A model generated the notes under the pieces. It saw only the letters and a list, made by a program, of their open reading frames with translations. It was not told the DNA's origin and made no database searches. Source: an uncultured Actinomycetes bacterium (GTDB lineage Bacteria > Actinomycetota > Acidimicrobiia > IMCC26256 > JBBRZM01). Taken from it: DNA of 64,000 nucleotides. Each line of letters begins with the position of its first letter. Within the stretch, counting starts at the first letter, position 1. The DNA lies in contig CAWEZO010000011.1 in NCBI GenBank assembly GCA_963813635.1, positions 618,220-682,219 on the forward strand, written 5' to 3'. Shown one piece after another: positions 39,452 through 50,294 of the stretch. The position numbers and the translations under genes are program-made.

Positions 39452-41143
39452 TCAACCGCGCGGGGCGAGCGGGTGATTGCCGCGCGCGACGTATGCCTCG
39501 AAGCCGCCGGCAGACGCGATGCGCCGCCAGGCCGGATCTCTACGCAACAACGCGGTCTGCGCAGGTCCGACGACCGTGACCGTCCGCGTGACGCGTTCGT
39601 GATGCCGCACGAGTTGCGGCCCCAGCAACCAGCCCCACGTCGGCTCCACCACGATCGGGGTGCCGTGCCGATCGAGTTGGAGGAGCAGCCCCGCGACCAC
39701 ATCCAACGGCGCGCCGTCGGCCATCGCCACCAGCACGTGCCCGTTGCCGGTTCCGTGCAATGCGTGCTCGACGCGCGGGCTCAAGTCGGCGACCGATGCC
39801 GAAGTGCCGACCGGTCGGGTCTCGATCCGAGTTGCCGCGCGCACGTTGACGATCGTGAGCAGGGCGAGGACGGCTGCCGCGCCCGCAGCTGCCAGTCGGA
39901 GCCCGGTTCGGCGCCGAGGCCGATCGACCCGGTCGGTGACCGTGGCAGCTCGCGTCAGCAATGCGGCAATCAAGGTGGAGCCGAACGCGATCCACGCGAC
40001 GAGACCGATGACCGCGATCCAACGCACGAGATACCTGTGCGTCGCATCGCTCACATCGTCGCTGACGCGCGTCACGGCCAGCGCGCTCACCGGTATCAAG
40101 GCACCGACGATCGCGAGGAGGCGCAGTGACGCGCTGAGCCGGTACCTCCACGCGACAACGGCAGCGACGGCCAACGCGCCGAGCGTGACGACACCGCCCG
40201 CGAGGTCGGGGCTCGCAACGCCCGTGTGTGCGGTCACGACCTGGTGTGGGAGCACACCCAACTGGCGAACGGTGATCCCGAGCGCGGACGCGTACGAGCG
40301 GGACGGCCGCAGGTCGCGTACGTACCGCCAGAGGTCGCCGAGATTTCCCGGTTGACCGGTGAGCTGCTGCCATACCGGCAGGGCCCACAGCACGGCGACG
40401 ACGGCGGCGGAGATCGCGAGCGCGACGCCGAGCCGCCGTCCGGAGAACGGACGCCCTGCCGGTCGCAACATCTGCACGGTGAGCAACACGGCGGTGACGC
40501 CGAAGGCGATGACGACCGGGCCGACGTAGCCGACGTGTGATTGCACCACGAACGACCCGACGCCGAACGCGACCGGCAGCGCCCATGCATCGCCACACGT
40601 CGTGCTCCACAACAACACGATGAGCAGGGCAAACGGCAACAACGTCACGTGCGGCGTCCACGGCCGGTAGAGCATCACCGGGCCGACCGCGAAACAGAAC
40701 AAGGCAAGCAGTACCGACGTGTATGCGACCAGCGCGCGCCCACCCCGGCGTGCGGCGAGCACGATGATGCCGGCGAGCGACGCCGCGTTGATCAGCAACG
40801 CGCCGATATCGAGTGCGACCGATCGACTTCGCAACAGCCAGTACAGCGGTGCGAGCAGATAGAAGAGCGCCGGGCCCGGGTGGCGCCAGTGGAAGCGCGA
40901 GTACGCGCCGGTGAGCACCGCGTGGCGACCGATCTCGCGTACTTGGAGCTCGGTGAGCGCGATGTCGTCTGTGGGCACGAGGTTGTTCCATCCGCGGACG
41001 ATGAGGACGACCGCGGCGACAACGAGCGGCGCGATGACCACGACGATTGCGAGCGCCGTCCACGAACGCGAGCGCTCGGTCTGCGACGTGTCGACAACAA
41101 CCTCGGGCGGCGTCTCGGAGACTGAGTCGAGCACTGAAGTCAT
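39452..41143 (-). CDS. Polytopic membrane protein, putative GT-C glycosyltransferase
   Basis: TM1 then DDIALTE loop, GAYSRFHWRHPGP, PWTPH, QSHVG; paralog at 44705. Confidence 0.65.
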   Translation of the reverse strand: MTSVLDSVSETPPEVVVDTSQTERSRSWTALAIVVVIAPLVVAAVVLIVRGWNNLVPTDDIALTELQVREIGRHAVLTGAYSRFHWRHPGPALFYLLAPLYWLLRSRSVALDIGALLINAASLAGIIVLAARRGGRALVAYTSVLLALFCFAVGPVMLYRPWTPHVTLLPFALLIVLLWSTTCGDAWALPVAFGVGSFVVQSHVGYVGPVVIAFGVTAVLLTVQMLRPAGRPFSGRRLGVALAISAAVVAVLWALPVWQQLTGQPGNLGDLWRYVRDLRPSRSYASALGITVRQLGVLPHQVVTAHTGVASPDLAGGVVTLGALAVAAVVAWRYRLSASLRLLAIVGALIPVSALAVTRVSDDVSDATHRYLVRWIAVIGLVAWIAFGSTLIAALLTRAATVTDRVDRPRRRTGLRLAAAGAAAVLALLTIVNVRAATRIETRPVGTSASVADLSPRVEHALHGTGNGHVLVAMADGAPLDVVAGLLLQLDRHGTPIVVEPTWGWLLGPQLVRHHERVTRTVTVVGPAQTALLRRDPAWRRIASAGGFEAYVARGNHPLAPRG

Positions 41144-41162
41144 GTGGTGCGCGGCTCCATTG

Positions 41163-44100
41163 CTACGCGATGAAGTACTTCGCCTCGGGATGGGGGACGA
41201 TGATCGCGGACGTGCTCTGCTCGGGCTCGAGTTGGAACTCTTCGGTCAGCTTCACACCGATGCTGCCGAGGTCGAGGAGCTCGTCGAGCTTGGCCTGGTC
41301 TTCGAGCTCCGGGCACGCGGGATAGCCCCACGAGTAGCGCGACCCGCGGTACTGCTGACGGAAGAGTCCCGCCAGCGACGGCCCGTCCTCGTCGGCGAAG
41401 CCCCACTCCTCGCGGATGCGTCGATGCCACAGCTCCGCGAGCGCCTCGGTCATCTCCACCGACAGCCCGTGGACCAGCAGGTACTCCTGGTACCGGTCTG
41501 CGGCGAACAGCTCCTGCTCGCGTTCGGTCGCGGCCGAACCCATCGTCACCACATGGAACCCCGCGTAGTCGGCCTCGCCGGACTCGACCGACCGGAAGAA
41601 GTCGGCGATGCAGAGATGGCGATCCTTGCGCTGGCGGGGAAACTGGAAGCGCAGCCGTTCGGTCGTGCGTGCGTCGTCGGTCCACACGACCAGGTCGTTG
41701 CCCTCGGAGTTGACCGGGAAGTACCCCCATGCCACTGCGGGCACGAGCCAGCCCTCGGCCTTCGCCTTGTTGAGCTCGGCTCGCAACGTCGGACGGATCC
41801 GCGCCTTGAACTCGTCGTCCTTCTCGTTTTGGTCCTTGAGCGGCCGGAACTGCCACTGGTTGCGGAACAGCGCGGTCTCGTTGATGTAGCCGGCGATCTC
41901 GTCGAGCGACATGCCCTTCGCGACACGTGTGCCGAGGAGCGGCGGCTCGAAGACCTTGACGTCGGTCGCGACGTCGGAGCCGGTGGCGACCTCGACGGTG
42001 CCCGCGGCTTCGGCGGCGCGCTCCGCGGCTTCACGCTCCGACTTTCGCGGCGGAAGATCGCGACCGCCCTGGGCCCGGCCGAAGTCGGGATCGAGCGTGC
42101 CGGTGCGCTTGCCCTCCATCAGCGTGTCCATCATGTGCAGACCCTCGAACGCGTCCTTGCCGTAGAACAGGCGTCCCTCGTAGAGGCCGCGCAGGTCGCG
42201 TTCGACGTAGTTGCGCGTCAGTGCGGCACCACCGAGCACGACCGGGATCCTCGCCAGGCCCTGGCTGTTCATCTCCTGCAGGTTCTCGCGCATGATCAGG
42301 GTGCTCTTGACCAACAGGCCGCTCATCCCGATCACGTCGGCATCGACCTCCTCGGCCTTGGCGACGAAGTCGTGCAGCGGCGCCTTGATGCCGATGTTGT
42401 GCACCTCGTAGCCGTTGTTGGTGAGGATGATGTCGACGAGGTTCTTGCCGATGTCGTGCACGTCGCCCTTGACCGTGCCGATCACCATGCACCCTTTTCC
42501 GCCCGCGTCGGCCTTCTCCATGTGGGGCTCGAGGTAGCCGACCGCGGCCTTCATCGTCTCCGCGCTCTGTAACACGAACGGAAGCTGCATCTCGCCGCTC
42601 GCGAAGAGATCACCGACGACGCGCATGCCGTCGAGCAGCACGTCGTTGACGATCTCGAGCGCGGGTCGCGTCCGGAGTTGCTCCTCGAGATCGACCTCGA
42701 GGCCGTCGCGTTGACCGTCGATGATGCGATGCTTCAGACGTTCCTCGACCGGCCAGCCGGAGCGGTCCTCCTGCTCGAGCCGGCCCGCGTCGACATCGGA
42801 GAACAGGTCGAGCAGCACCGACAGCGGGTCGTAGTCGTCACGGCGCCGGTCGTAGATCAGATCGAGGCTGACCTCGCGCACGTGCTCGTCGATCTTGTGC
42901 ATCGGCATGATCCGCGCCCGCGTGCACGATCGCCGCGTCGAGCCCCACCTCGCGGCACTCGTGGAGGAACACGCTGTTGATGACGTGTCGCAGCGCGGGC
43001 TTGAGACCGAAGCTGACGTTGGACAGGCCGAGAATCGTGGACACGCCCGGCAGCTCCGCCTTGATCGCCTTGATCGCGTCCATCGTCTCGATGCCGTCGT
43101 GGCGTAGATCCTCCTGGCCCGAACCGAGTGGGAACGTGAGCGCGTCGAAGATGAGGTCGGTGGGCTCCATGCCGTACTGCTCGGTCGCGAGCTCGTAGAT
43201 GCGCTTCGCCACCCGCAGCTTCCATTCCGCGGTGCGGGCCTGGCCCTCCTCGTCGATCGTGAGACAGATGACGGCAGCGCCGTACTCACGGGCGAGCGAG
43301 AACACGCGATCGAACCGCGAGCCGGGAGCGAACCCGTCCTCGAGGTTGGCCGAGTTGAGGATGGCCTTGCCGCCCGAGTGCTGGAGGCCGGCTTCGACCA
43401 CCAACGGCTCGGTGGAGTCGAAGACCAGGGGTAGTGACGCCTGCGTGGCGAAGCGGCTCGCGATCTCGTCCATGTCGGTGACGCCGTCGCGCCCCACGTA
43501 GTCGACGCAGACGTCGAGCACGTGCGCGCCTTCCTTCACTTGGTCGCGCGCCATCTGTAGGCACGCATCCCAGTCGGCGTCGAGCATCGCGTCGCGAAAC
43601 TTTCGCGAGCCGTTCGCGTTGGTGCGTTCGCCGACCGCGAGGAACGCGAGCTCCTGGTGGAACGGCACGTGGGTGTAGATCGACGAGCAGCCGGGCTCGA
43701 ACTCCGGCTCGCGCGCGACCGGCGCGCGTTGACCGATGCGCTCGACGACCTGGCGCAGGTGCTCGGGCGTCGTGCCACAGCAGCCGCCGACGATGTTGAG
43801 GCCGAACTCCGTGACAAAGCGCTCGTGCGCGTCGGCCAGTGCCTCCGGCGTGAGGTCGTAATGGGTGCGGCCCTCGACGATCGACGGCAGTCCGGCGTTG
43901 GGCAGGCACGAGAGAAATGTGCGCGCGTGCTGGGAGAGGTACCGGAGATGCTCCGTCATCTCGCCGGGCCCGGTCGCACAATTGAGGCCGACCACGTCGG
44001 GCCGCATCGCCTCGAGCGCCGTGAGCGCCGCGCCGATCTCGGAGCCCACCAGCATCCGACCTGTGGTCTCCATCGTGACCTGGATGATCACCGGCACGTC

Positions 44101-44649
44101 GATACCGGTGCTCGCCATCGCGCGGCGGCACGCGACCAGCGCAGCCTTCCCCTGGAGCAGGTCTTGCACCGTCTCGATGAGCAGCACGTCGACCCCACCG
44201 TGGAGGAGGCCTTCGACCTGCGGCACGTACGCGTCGCGGAGGTCCGCGAAGCCGATGTGCCCGAGCGACGGGAGCTTCGTGCCCGGTCCGATCGAGCCGA
44301 TGACCCAGCGGGGCCGGTCGGGAGTGGAGAAATCGTGCGCGACCTCCTTGGCGAGACGCGCCGCCACCTCGTTCATCTCGACCGTCTTCTCCGCGATGTC
44401 GTACTCGGTGAGCACCACCGGGAACGAGCCGAAGGTCGCGGTCTCCACCGCGTCGACGCCGACCTCGAAGTATCCGGCGTGCAGGTCGCGGATCACGTCG
44501 GGTCGCGTGAGCACCAGGTGCTCGTTGCAGCCTTCGAGGGCAGGGCCACCGAAGTCGTCGGGCCCGAGGTCGCGCGCTTGCACGCCGGTGCCGAAAGCGC
44601 CGTCGAAGAACAGCACGCGCTCGCGTAGGGCCTCGAGAAAGCTCGACAT
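41163..44649 (-). CDS. metH: Cobalamin-dependent methionine synthase (frameshift near 42915)
   Basis: DGAFGT, NCATGP, GGCCGTTP, GERTNANGS, GDVHDIGKN, RYSWGYPACP. Confidence 0.95.
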
Positions 44650-44704
44650 GATGACCCCAGGGTACCGGAGCCCACCCCGCGCTCTCTCATGGGTTTTGCG
44701 CCGT

Positions 44705-46381
44705 TCAGCGGGTTGCGGCCGGTCCCGGCGACTCGAAGACGGAGGTGTCGTGCGAACGCGCGATCAGCGTCGCGTCCGCAGGGAGATGGGTGCCGCGGGC
44801 GTCGAGGTCGGCGACGACGGTGAGCCGGGTGCGGGACCGCTGCCAATTGCGCACCCGTCGTGCGCCGTACGCGATCTCCTGGCGGGGCTCGAACTTCACG
44901 CGGACGCCGTGCTTCTCGAGTTGCAGCGCGAGGCCCGAGCCCGCGTCGATCGACAGCAGGCCGCCGCCCGCGCCGATGACGACGGGCTGCGCGCCGGGTG
45001 CTTTCACCGCGCGCAGCACCTTCGGTGCCAGCGTGCGGACGCGAGCCGCGGCGACTGGATCGGGTGGATCAGCCATCGCCGAGTTGACCGTCAGCACCCC
45101 GCCGAGAACGGCGACGAGCACGACCCCGATGCCGACGGCGAGCGCACGCCGGGCGCGCACGAAATCGACCTGCGCCAGCGCGTCGAGCGCGACCCAACCC
45201 GCGAATACCCAGATCCCGAAGCCGACGAACGTGACCCAGCGCACGAGGTATTCAGCGGGCAGGCCGTCGAGGCGGCTGATCGACAGGACGGCAAATCCGA
45301 GCGCGCTGCCCACCAGCGCGCCGAGGAGGATCTGTGCGCGTCGCCGGCGCACGACGGCCGCGACCATGGCGATGACATACGCGCCGATGGTCCACGCGCC
45401 CGGCCAGCGGGGCAGGACCGTGAAGAGGAACCGCGTCGGCTCCGCGCCGAGATTCCGTCCGGTGATCCATCCGACCTCGGTGAGCGTCACGTCGGTCACG
45501 GTGTTGGCGGGCTGCTCGGGATTGGCGCGTGCCGCGTACTCGCGCATCAACGTGACGTTGCCCGGGTGGTGGGTCAGCTGTTCGATGATCGGCGGGAGCC
45601 AGAGCACGAAGCCCACGAGCAGCGTGACTCCGATGACGCGGGGGAGCACGCGCCGCCACCGCCGGCGCTGCTCGGCGTCGTTCCGCGCCGCCACGACGTG
45701 CACCACGAGGAGGATGCCCGCGACACCGAACAAGCCCGTGATGGTGAGGAGCGAGCCGATGTGCGACTGCACCGCGAACGTGGCAGTGACGACCGCCCAC
45801 GGCAGCGCCCACACGTCTCCCATCGCGACCGACCAGAGGAGCAGCAGCAGCAAGCTGAGGGGGAGCACCGGCGGGAACGGATTGAACGGGTCGGTCAGCT
45901 GCTGCGGGCCCAGTGCGTGCAGGAACAGGCCGAGCACGATCAGGGTCCAGATCAGCAACGTGCGCCCGCCGCGGCGATAGGCGACCAGCGCGATACCGCC
46001 CGCCGCGATCGCGTTGATGAGCACGACGCCGAACATCAGCCCGAGACCGTTGCTCCCGGTCAACCGGTACGGAAGGACGAGCAGCTCGTACAGCGCAGGC
46101 CCAGGGTGGTGCCAGCCGAAACGCGAGTAGGGGCCGAGGAGCACCGCGTGGTGGCCGATGTCGCGCGTGTACATCTCGATGAGCGCGCGGTCACCCGAGG
46201 GGTACCAGCGGGTCTGTGTAAAGCACCAGACCATCGCGACGACGAACGGCGTCGCCATGAACAGCACCGCGATGGCAGCGAGCGGGTCGCGGCGGTACCA
46301 GCGGCGCGGCGCCGGCGGTTGGGCCACGGGCGCGTCAGGCGCGCCCGCCGTCATCGGCGGCCGCTCAGAGGTGCTGGTCAT
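44705..46381 (-). CDS. Polytopic membrane protein, putative GT-C glycosyltransferase
   Basis: GDRALIE, GPYSRFGWHHPGP, DPFNP, QSHIG; directly downstream of the DPA cassette on the same strand. Confidence 0.65.
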   Translation of the reverse strand: MTSTSERPPMTAGAPDAPVAQPPAPRRWYRRDPLAAIAVLFMATPFVVAMVWCFTQTRWYPSGDRALIEMYTRDIGHHAVLLGPYSRFGWHHPGPALYELLVLPYRLTGSNGLGLMFGVVLINAIAAGGIALVAYRRGGRTLLIWTLIVLGLFLHALGPQQLTDPFNPFPPVLPLSLLLLLLWSVAMGDVWALPWAVVTATFAVQSHIGSLLTITGLFGVAGILLVVHVVAARNDAEQRRRWRRVLPRVIGVTLLVGFVLWLPPIIEQLTHHPGNVTLMREYAARANPEQPANTVTDVTLTEVGWITGRNLGAEPTRFLFTVLPRWPGAWTIGAYVIAMVAAVVRRRRAQILLGALVGSALGFAVLSISRLDGLPAEYLVRWVTFVGFGIWVFAGWVALDALAQVDFVRARRALAVGIGVVLVAVLGGVLTVNSAMADPPDPVAAARVRTLAPKVLRAVKAPGAQPVVIGAGGGLLSIDAGSGLALQLEKHGVRVKFEPRQEIAYGARRVRNWQRSRTRLTVVADLDARGTHLPADATLIARSHDTSVFESPGPAATR

Positions 46382-46393
46382 CGATCGGGTGCT

Positions 46394-47040
46394 TCAGCTC
46401 CATCGCGACGGCCAGCGTCGCACACGGCGGCCGACGCGGATGGATTGGTCGGCCCGCTCGAAGAGCTCGCGGTCGCCGCTGCTGTCCCCGTACGCCCAGA
46501 CGTACGCGTCCGAGCCGGTCCCGGCCAACCAATCGTCGAGCCGGCGGGCCTTCTCTGCCCGCCGGACGTTGGCGCCGCGCAGCTCGCCGGTGAGCCGGCC
46601 GTCGTCACCGACAGCGAGCTCGGTTGCAAGGACCGCATCGAATCCGAGATGCTCCGCGATCGGATCGAGGTATGAACGCAACGACGCGGACACGATCACC
46701 AGCTCGTGGCCCTGGTCGCGGTGCCAGGCGGCTCGCTCCACGGCCTCGCCGCGCAAGTACCTGGCGATGACGATCGCGGCGAAATCGCGTGCCTGTTGCT
46801 CGAAGCCGCGCCACGTCGTACCCTGCGAACACTCGCCGCAGCAGCGCTGCCTTCGCCGCGTTGCGCTCGTCGTCACGCAGCGCTGCCAATGCGATCCGGG
46901 GCGCCGTCGCGCTCACCACCGCGTGCCAGCGTGCCGTTACCCACGGCGTAGCGAAGGAACGGAAGGACGTTGTCACGTGTCGACAACGTGCCGTCAAAGT
47001 CCCAAGCAGTGACGACTCGCGTGGCACCCATGACCCTCAT
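46394..47040 (-). CDS. HAD-IB family phosphatase (frameshift near 46850)
   Basis: WDFDGTL, IVSAS, EKARRL, AYGDSSGD. Confidence 0.85.
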
Positions 47041-47100
47041 CACAATTCTTGCGTCAGCAGCCGGGATGTCATCCCGGATTGCGACGCAAGAATGATTGTG
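47041..47100. repeat. 60-bp imperfect palindrome (REP-like long hairpin)
   Basis: attcttgcgtc pairs with gacgcaagaat; ccgggatg pairs with catcccgg; outer cacaat/attgtg. Confidence 0.8.
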
Positions 47101-47116
47101 TGCGGTGGGCGACGCG

Positions 47117-47878
47117 TCACACTGGGAGCTTGCGGAAGATGCGGCGGGGGACGTGGCGGAGGACCGACATGACATAGCGCAAAGCGGGCGGCACCCAGAT
47201 CATCTCGCTGCCCCGTTCCAGTCCGCGAACGATCGCCGCGGCCACGGCTTCTGGCGTCGTGGAGAGCGGCGCCGCCTCGAGGCCCTCGGTCATCTTGGTG
47301 TGCACGAAACCGGGCCGCACGATCATCACGTCGACGCCGGTGCCGACGAGGCGGTCGCCGAGACCCTGGAAGAACGCGTCCATGCCGGCTTTCGACGATC
47401 CATAGACGAAGTTGGCCCGGCGCGCCCGTTCACCCGCGACCGACGACAGCACGACGATGCTGCCGTGGCCCTGCGCCTCGAGCCGGGTCGCAATCGGCAC
47501 CGCAACCGACACCGCGCCGAGGTAGTTGGAGCGCACGATGTCGACTGCGGCCGAGCCCCTGTGGTCGGCCGCCGCCTGGTCACCGAGCACGCCGAATGCA
47601 AACAGCACGAGATCGAAGTCGCCGTACCGATCGAACATCTCGTCGACGAACGCGTCGTGGGTGTCGAGCGCGGCGGCGTCGAAGTGCACCGCATCGGCTG
47701 CGGTGGCACCGAGGTCGCGCAACTCCTTCGTCGCGGTGTCGAGCTCATCGGGCCGGCGGGCCGCCAGCACGAACGTGCGGCCGCGCCGGCCCACGAGCTC
47801 GCGACACGTCGCGCGGGCGATGTCGGAGCCGCCTCCGAGCACCAGCACTGATTGCACCGAACCGAGCGCGTCCTTCAT
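47117..47878 (-). CDS. dprE2: Decaprenylphospho-2-keto-erythropentose reductase
   Basis: MKDALGSVQSVLVLGGGSDIA, LSSVAGER, NFVYGSSKAG, VRPGFV. Confidence 0.85.
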   Translation of the reverse strand: MKDALGSVQSVLVLGGGSDIARATCRELVGRRGRTFVLAARRPDELDTATKELRDLGATAADAVHFDAAALDTHDAFVDEMFDRYGDFDLVLFAFGVLGDQAAADHRGSAAVDIVRSNYLGAVSVAVPIATRLEAQGHGSIVVLSSVAGERARRANFVYGSSKAGMDAFFQGLGDRLVGTGVDVMIVRPGFVHTKMTEGLEAAPLSTTPEAVAAAIVRGLERGSEMIWVPPALRYVMSVLRHVPRRIFRKLPV

Positions 47879-47910
47879 TCCTTGGCCCTTCGCGGTCGAC
47901 AATCGTGTGA

Positions 47911-49270
47911 TTATGTCAGGCCGAGTCGCCGTGACAGGTCCGATTGCAGCACGTTGGACGGGTCGATCCGTGCTCGTAGCTCGCGGAAGCGGTCGACTTC
48001 GGGGTACATGGTCGCGAGCAGGTCCGGGCGCAGCCGCGAGTCTTTCGCCAGGTACACCCGGCCGCCGGCCTCGGCGACCATGCCGTCGAGCTCGTCGAGC
48101 AGCGGCGCGAGGCCGCGGGCAGTGGTCGGGATGTCGAGCGCGAGCGTCCAGCCGGGGATGGGAAACGAGAGCGCGCCCGGATTGCGGGGCCCGAACCGCT
48201 TGAGCACCGCGAGGAACGACGCGCACTGTGCGCCGCTCAGCTTCTCGACCGCGACGCCGAAGCGTCGCGTCCTCCGTATCGGGCACGACGAACTGGTACT
48301 GAAGGAAGCCACGGCTGCCGTAGAGCCGGTTCCAGCCGTCGACGCCGTCGAGTGGATGGAAGAACGCGGCGATCGACTCGAGGTGGCCGCGTTGGAAACG
48401 CGGTGCTTTGCGAAACCACATCTCGTTGAACGCCCGCACCGTGAGCCGGTTGAGCATCCCGTTCGGCACCCACGGCGGAGCCATGATCCGCGTCCGGGGG
48501 TCGAAGCGCAACGCGTGCTCACGTTGCTGCTCGGACAGCGCCTCGATCGGCGCATGATCACCTCGCGTCAACACGCCGCGACCCAAGGCGGCGCCTTGCG
48601 CCGTGCAGTCGATCCACGCGACCGAGTACCGGTAGGCGGCGTCGCCGGTGCGCATCCGCGCCATGAGATCGTCGAGGTCGGACGCGCGCTCCGTGTCGAC
48701 GCTGACCAGCGACGTCTCGACCGGCAACAGGCGCAGGGTTGCTTCGGTGACCACGCCGGTCAGGCCCATCGCACCGGCGGTGTCCCAGAACAGCTCGGGC
48801 TCGTCGTGCGGGCTCACCTCCAGCACGCCCTTCGGCGTGTGCAGCGTGAACGCCTCGACGTGGTTCGCGAAGCTGCCGTCGACGTGATGGTTCTTGCCGT
48901 GGATGTCGGCGGCGATCGCCCCGCCGACAGTCACGAAGCGCGTGCCCGGCGTCACCGGCACGAACCAGCCGAACGGGAGTGTCATCCGCATGATCGCGTC
49001 GAGGCTCGCGCCCGCGCTGATCCGTAACCGCCCGGTCGACACGTCGAACTCGCGAACGTCGCGCAGCCCGCGCAGATCGATCACGGATCCGCCGGCGTTC
49101 TGCGCCGCGTCGCCGTAGCTCCGGCCCAGGCCGCGCGCGATCAGTCCGCGCCTCCCGGCGCGGTCGAGCAGCGGGTCGACCTCCGCGGACTTTCCCGGCG
49201 TTTCGACGTGCGCCGCAGTGGGCGCCGTGCGTCCCCAGCCGGTCAGCAGCTCCGATGACTCGTCAGACAT
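47911..49270 (-). CDS. dprE1: Decaprenylphospho-beta-D-ribose 2-oxidase (frameshift near 48265)
   Basis: [55 protein letters not shown]. Confidence 0.9.
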
Positions 49271-50219
49271 GGACACCGACGGCGAAGATCGCGACCCAGA
49301 GCAGTCCGAGCACCTGCAGCACCCGGTCGCTCAGCACGATCTCTTCCGGTGCGCTTCCCTTGCCCTGCTCGGCGACCAACGCGTATCGAAACACGGCGAG
49401 TACGAACGGCACGATCGAGAGTCGGAACCAGAACGTGTCACCGACCTTGGCGGCGTTCTCGAATGCCCAGAGGCAGTACGCGGTGATCATGACCGCGGAC
49501 GACACCGAGCGCACGTAGTTGAGGAAGCTGGCGGAGTACACACCCAGCGTCACACGATGACCGTGCCCGTCAGTGCCCATCTCGACCTGCTCGGCGGTGC
49601 GCTTGCCGGTGACCATGAACAGGGATCCTGCGCCCGCGACGATGAGGAACCAGTCGGAGATGGGCACGCCGGTCGCGACGCCGCCGGCGATCGCGCGCAG
49701 GACGAAACCGGCTGCCACGGCGGCGAGGTCGATGACCGCCTCGTGCTTGAGCCACAAGCTGTACGAAACCGTGAGCACGACGTACCCACCGACGACCGCG
49801 GCCAGCGCACCATTGTTGAACGGTGCCGCGATGCCGATACCGACGACGATGAGCACGACGGACATCACCTTGGCGAGCCGGACGCTGATGGTGCCGTTCG
49901 CGACGGGTCGGTTGCGTTTGGTGGGATGCAACCGGTCTGCATCGGCGTCGAGCGCGTCGTTGAGGAAGTACGTGCCGCTCGCCGCGAAGCAGAACGCGAC
50001 GAACGCGGCGGCCGTGCGGCCGAACTGCGCCGGCTCGCCCAGGACACCGGCGGCGAGCGGAGCGGCGAACACGAGCACGTTCTTTGCCCATTGCTTCGGC
50101 CGGGCCGTGCGCACGAGGCCCCTCGCGACGTCGCCACGTGACGGTGCGGGCGTGCCCGGGGCAGCCGGATCGCGTTCGCGATCGGTCGCGTCGGTGGACG
50201 GGCTCCGGGTTCGCGCCAT
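49263..50219 (-). CDS. ubiA: Decaprenyl-phosphate phosphoribosyltransferase (UbiA family)
   Basis: RPKQWAKN, YFLNDALD, DRLHPTKRNRP, GFVLRA, APEE. Confidence 0.9.
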   Translation of the reverse strand: MARTRSPSTDATDRERDPAAPGTPAPSRGDVARGLVRTARPKQWAKNVLVFAAPLAAGVLGEPAQFGRTAAAFVAFCFAASGTYFLNDALDADADRLHPTKRNRPVANGTISVRLAKVMSVVLIVVGIGIAAPFNNGALAAVVGGYVVLTVSYSLWLKHEAVIDLAAVAAGFVLRAIAGGVATGVPISDWFLIVAGAGSLFMVTGKRTAEQVEMGTDGHGHRVTLGVYSASFLNYVRSVSSAVMITAYCLWAFENAAKVGDTFWFRLSIVPFVLAVFRYALVAEQGKGSAPEEIVLSDRVLQVLGLLWVAIFAVGVHV

Positions 50220-50294
50220 GGTGTGATCAGGGTACTCCGGGCCTGGTCGCAGGCCCCGTCGCAGCTGTGGGACGGGCCATAGACTCCCCACGGC

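Noticed and set aside
32790-42920. Programmed ribosomal frameshifting in lpdA or metH
   Set aside because: No slippery heptamers at the breakpoints, and similar breaks occur in many unrelated genes
44650-44704. Cobalamin or SAM riboswitch upstream of metH
   Set aside because: Only 55 nt of intergenic space and no recognisable B12-box or S-box
23610-46675. Very long antisense or alternate-frame ORFs (e.g. 23610-26183 minus, 33650-35341 minus, 43865-46675 plus)
   Set aside because: Shadow ORFs typical of high-GC DNA, Arg/Ala/Gly-rich and overlapping well-supported genes
47117-49276. 719-aa DprE1-DprE2 fusion in the ORF track
   Set aside because: Artefact of the frameshift near 48265; the true DprE1 C-terminus is in another frame with its own stop at 47911, and dprE2 has its own RBS and start
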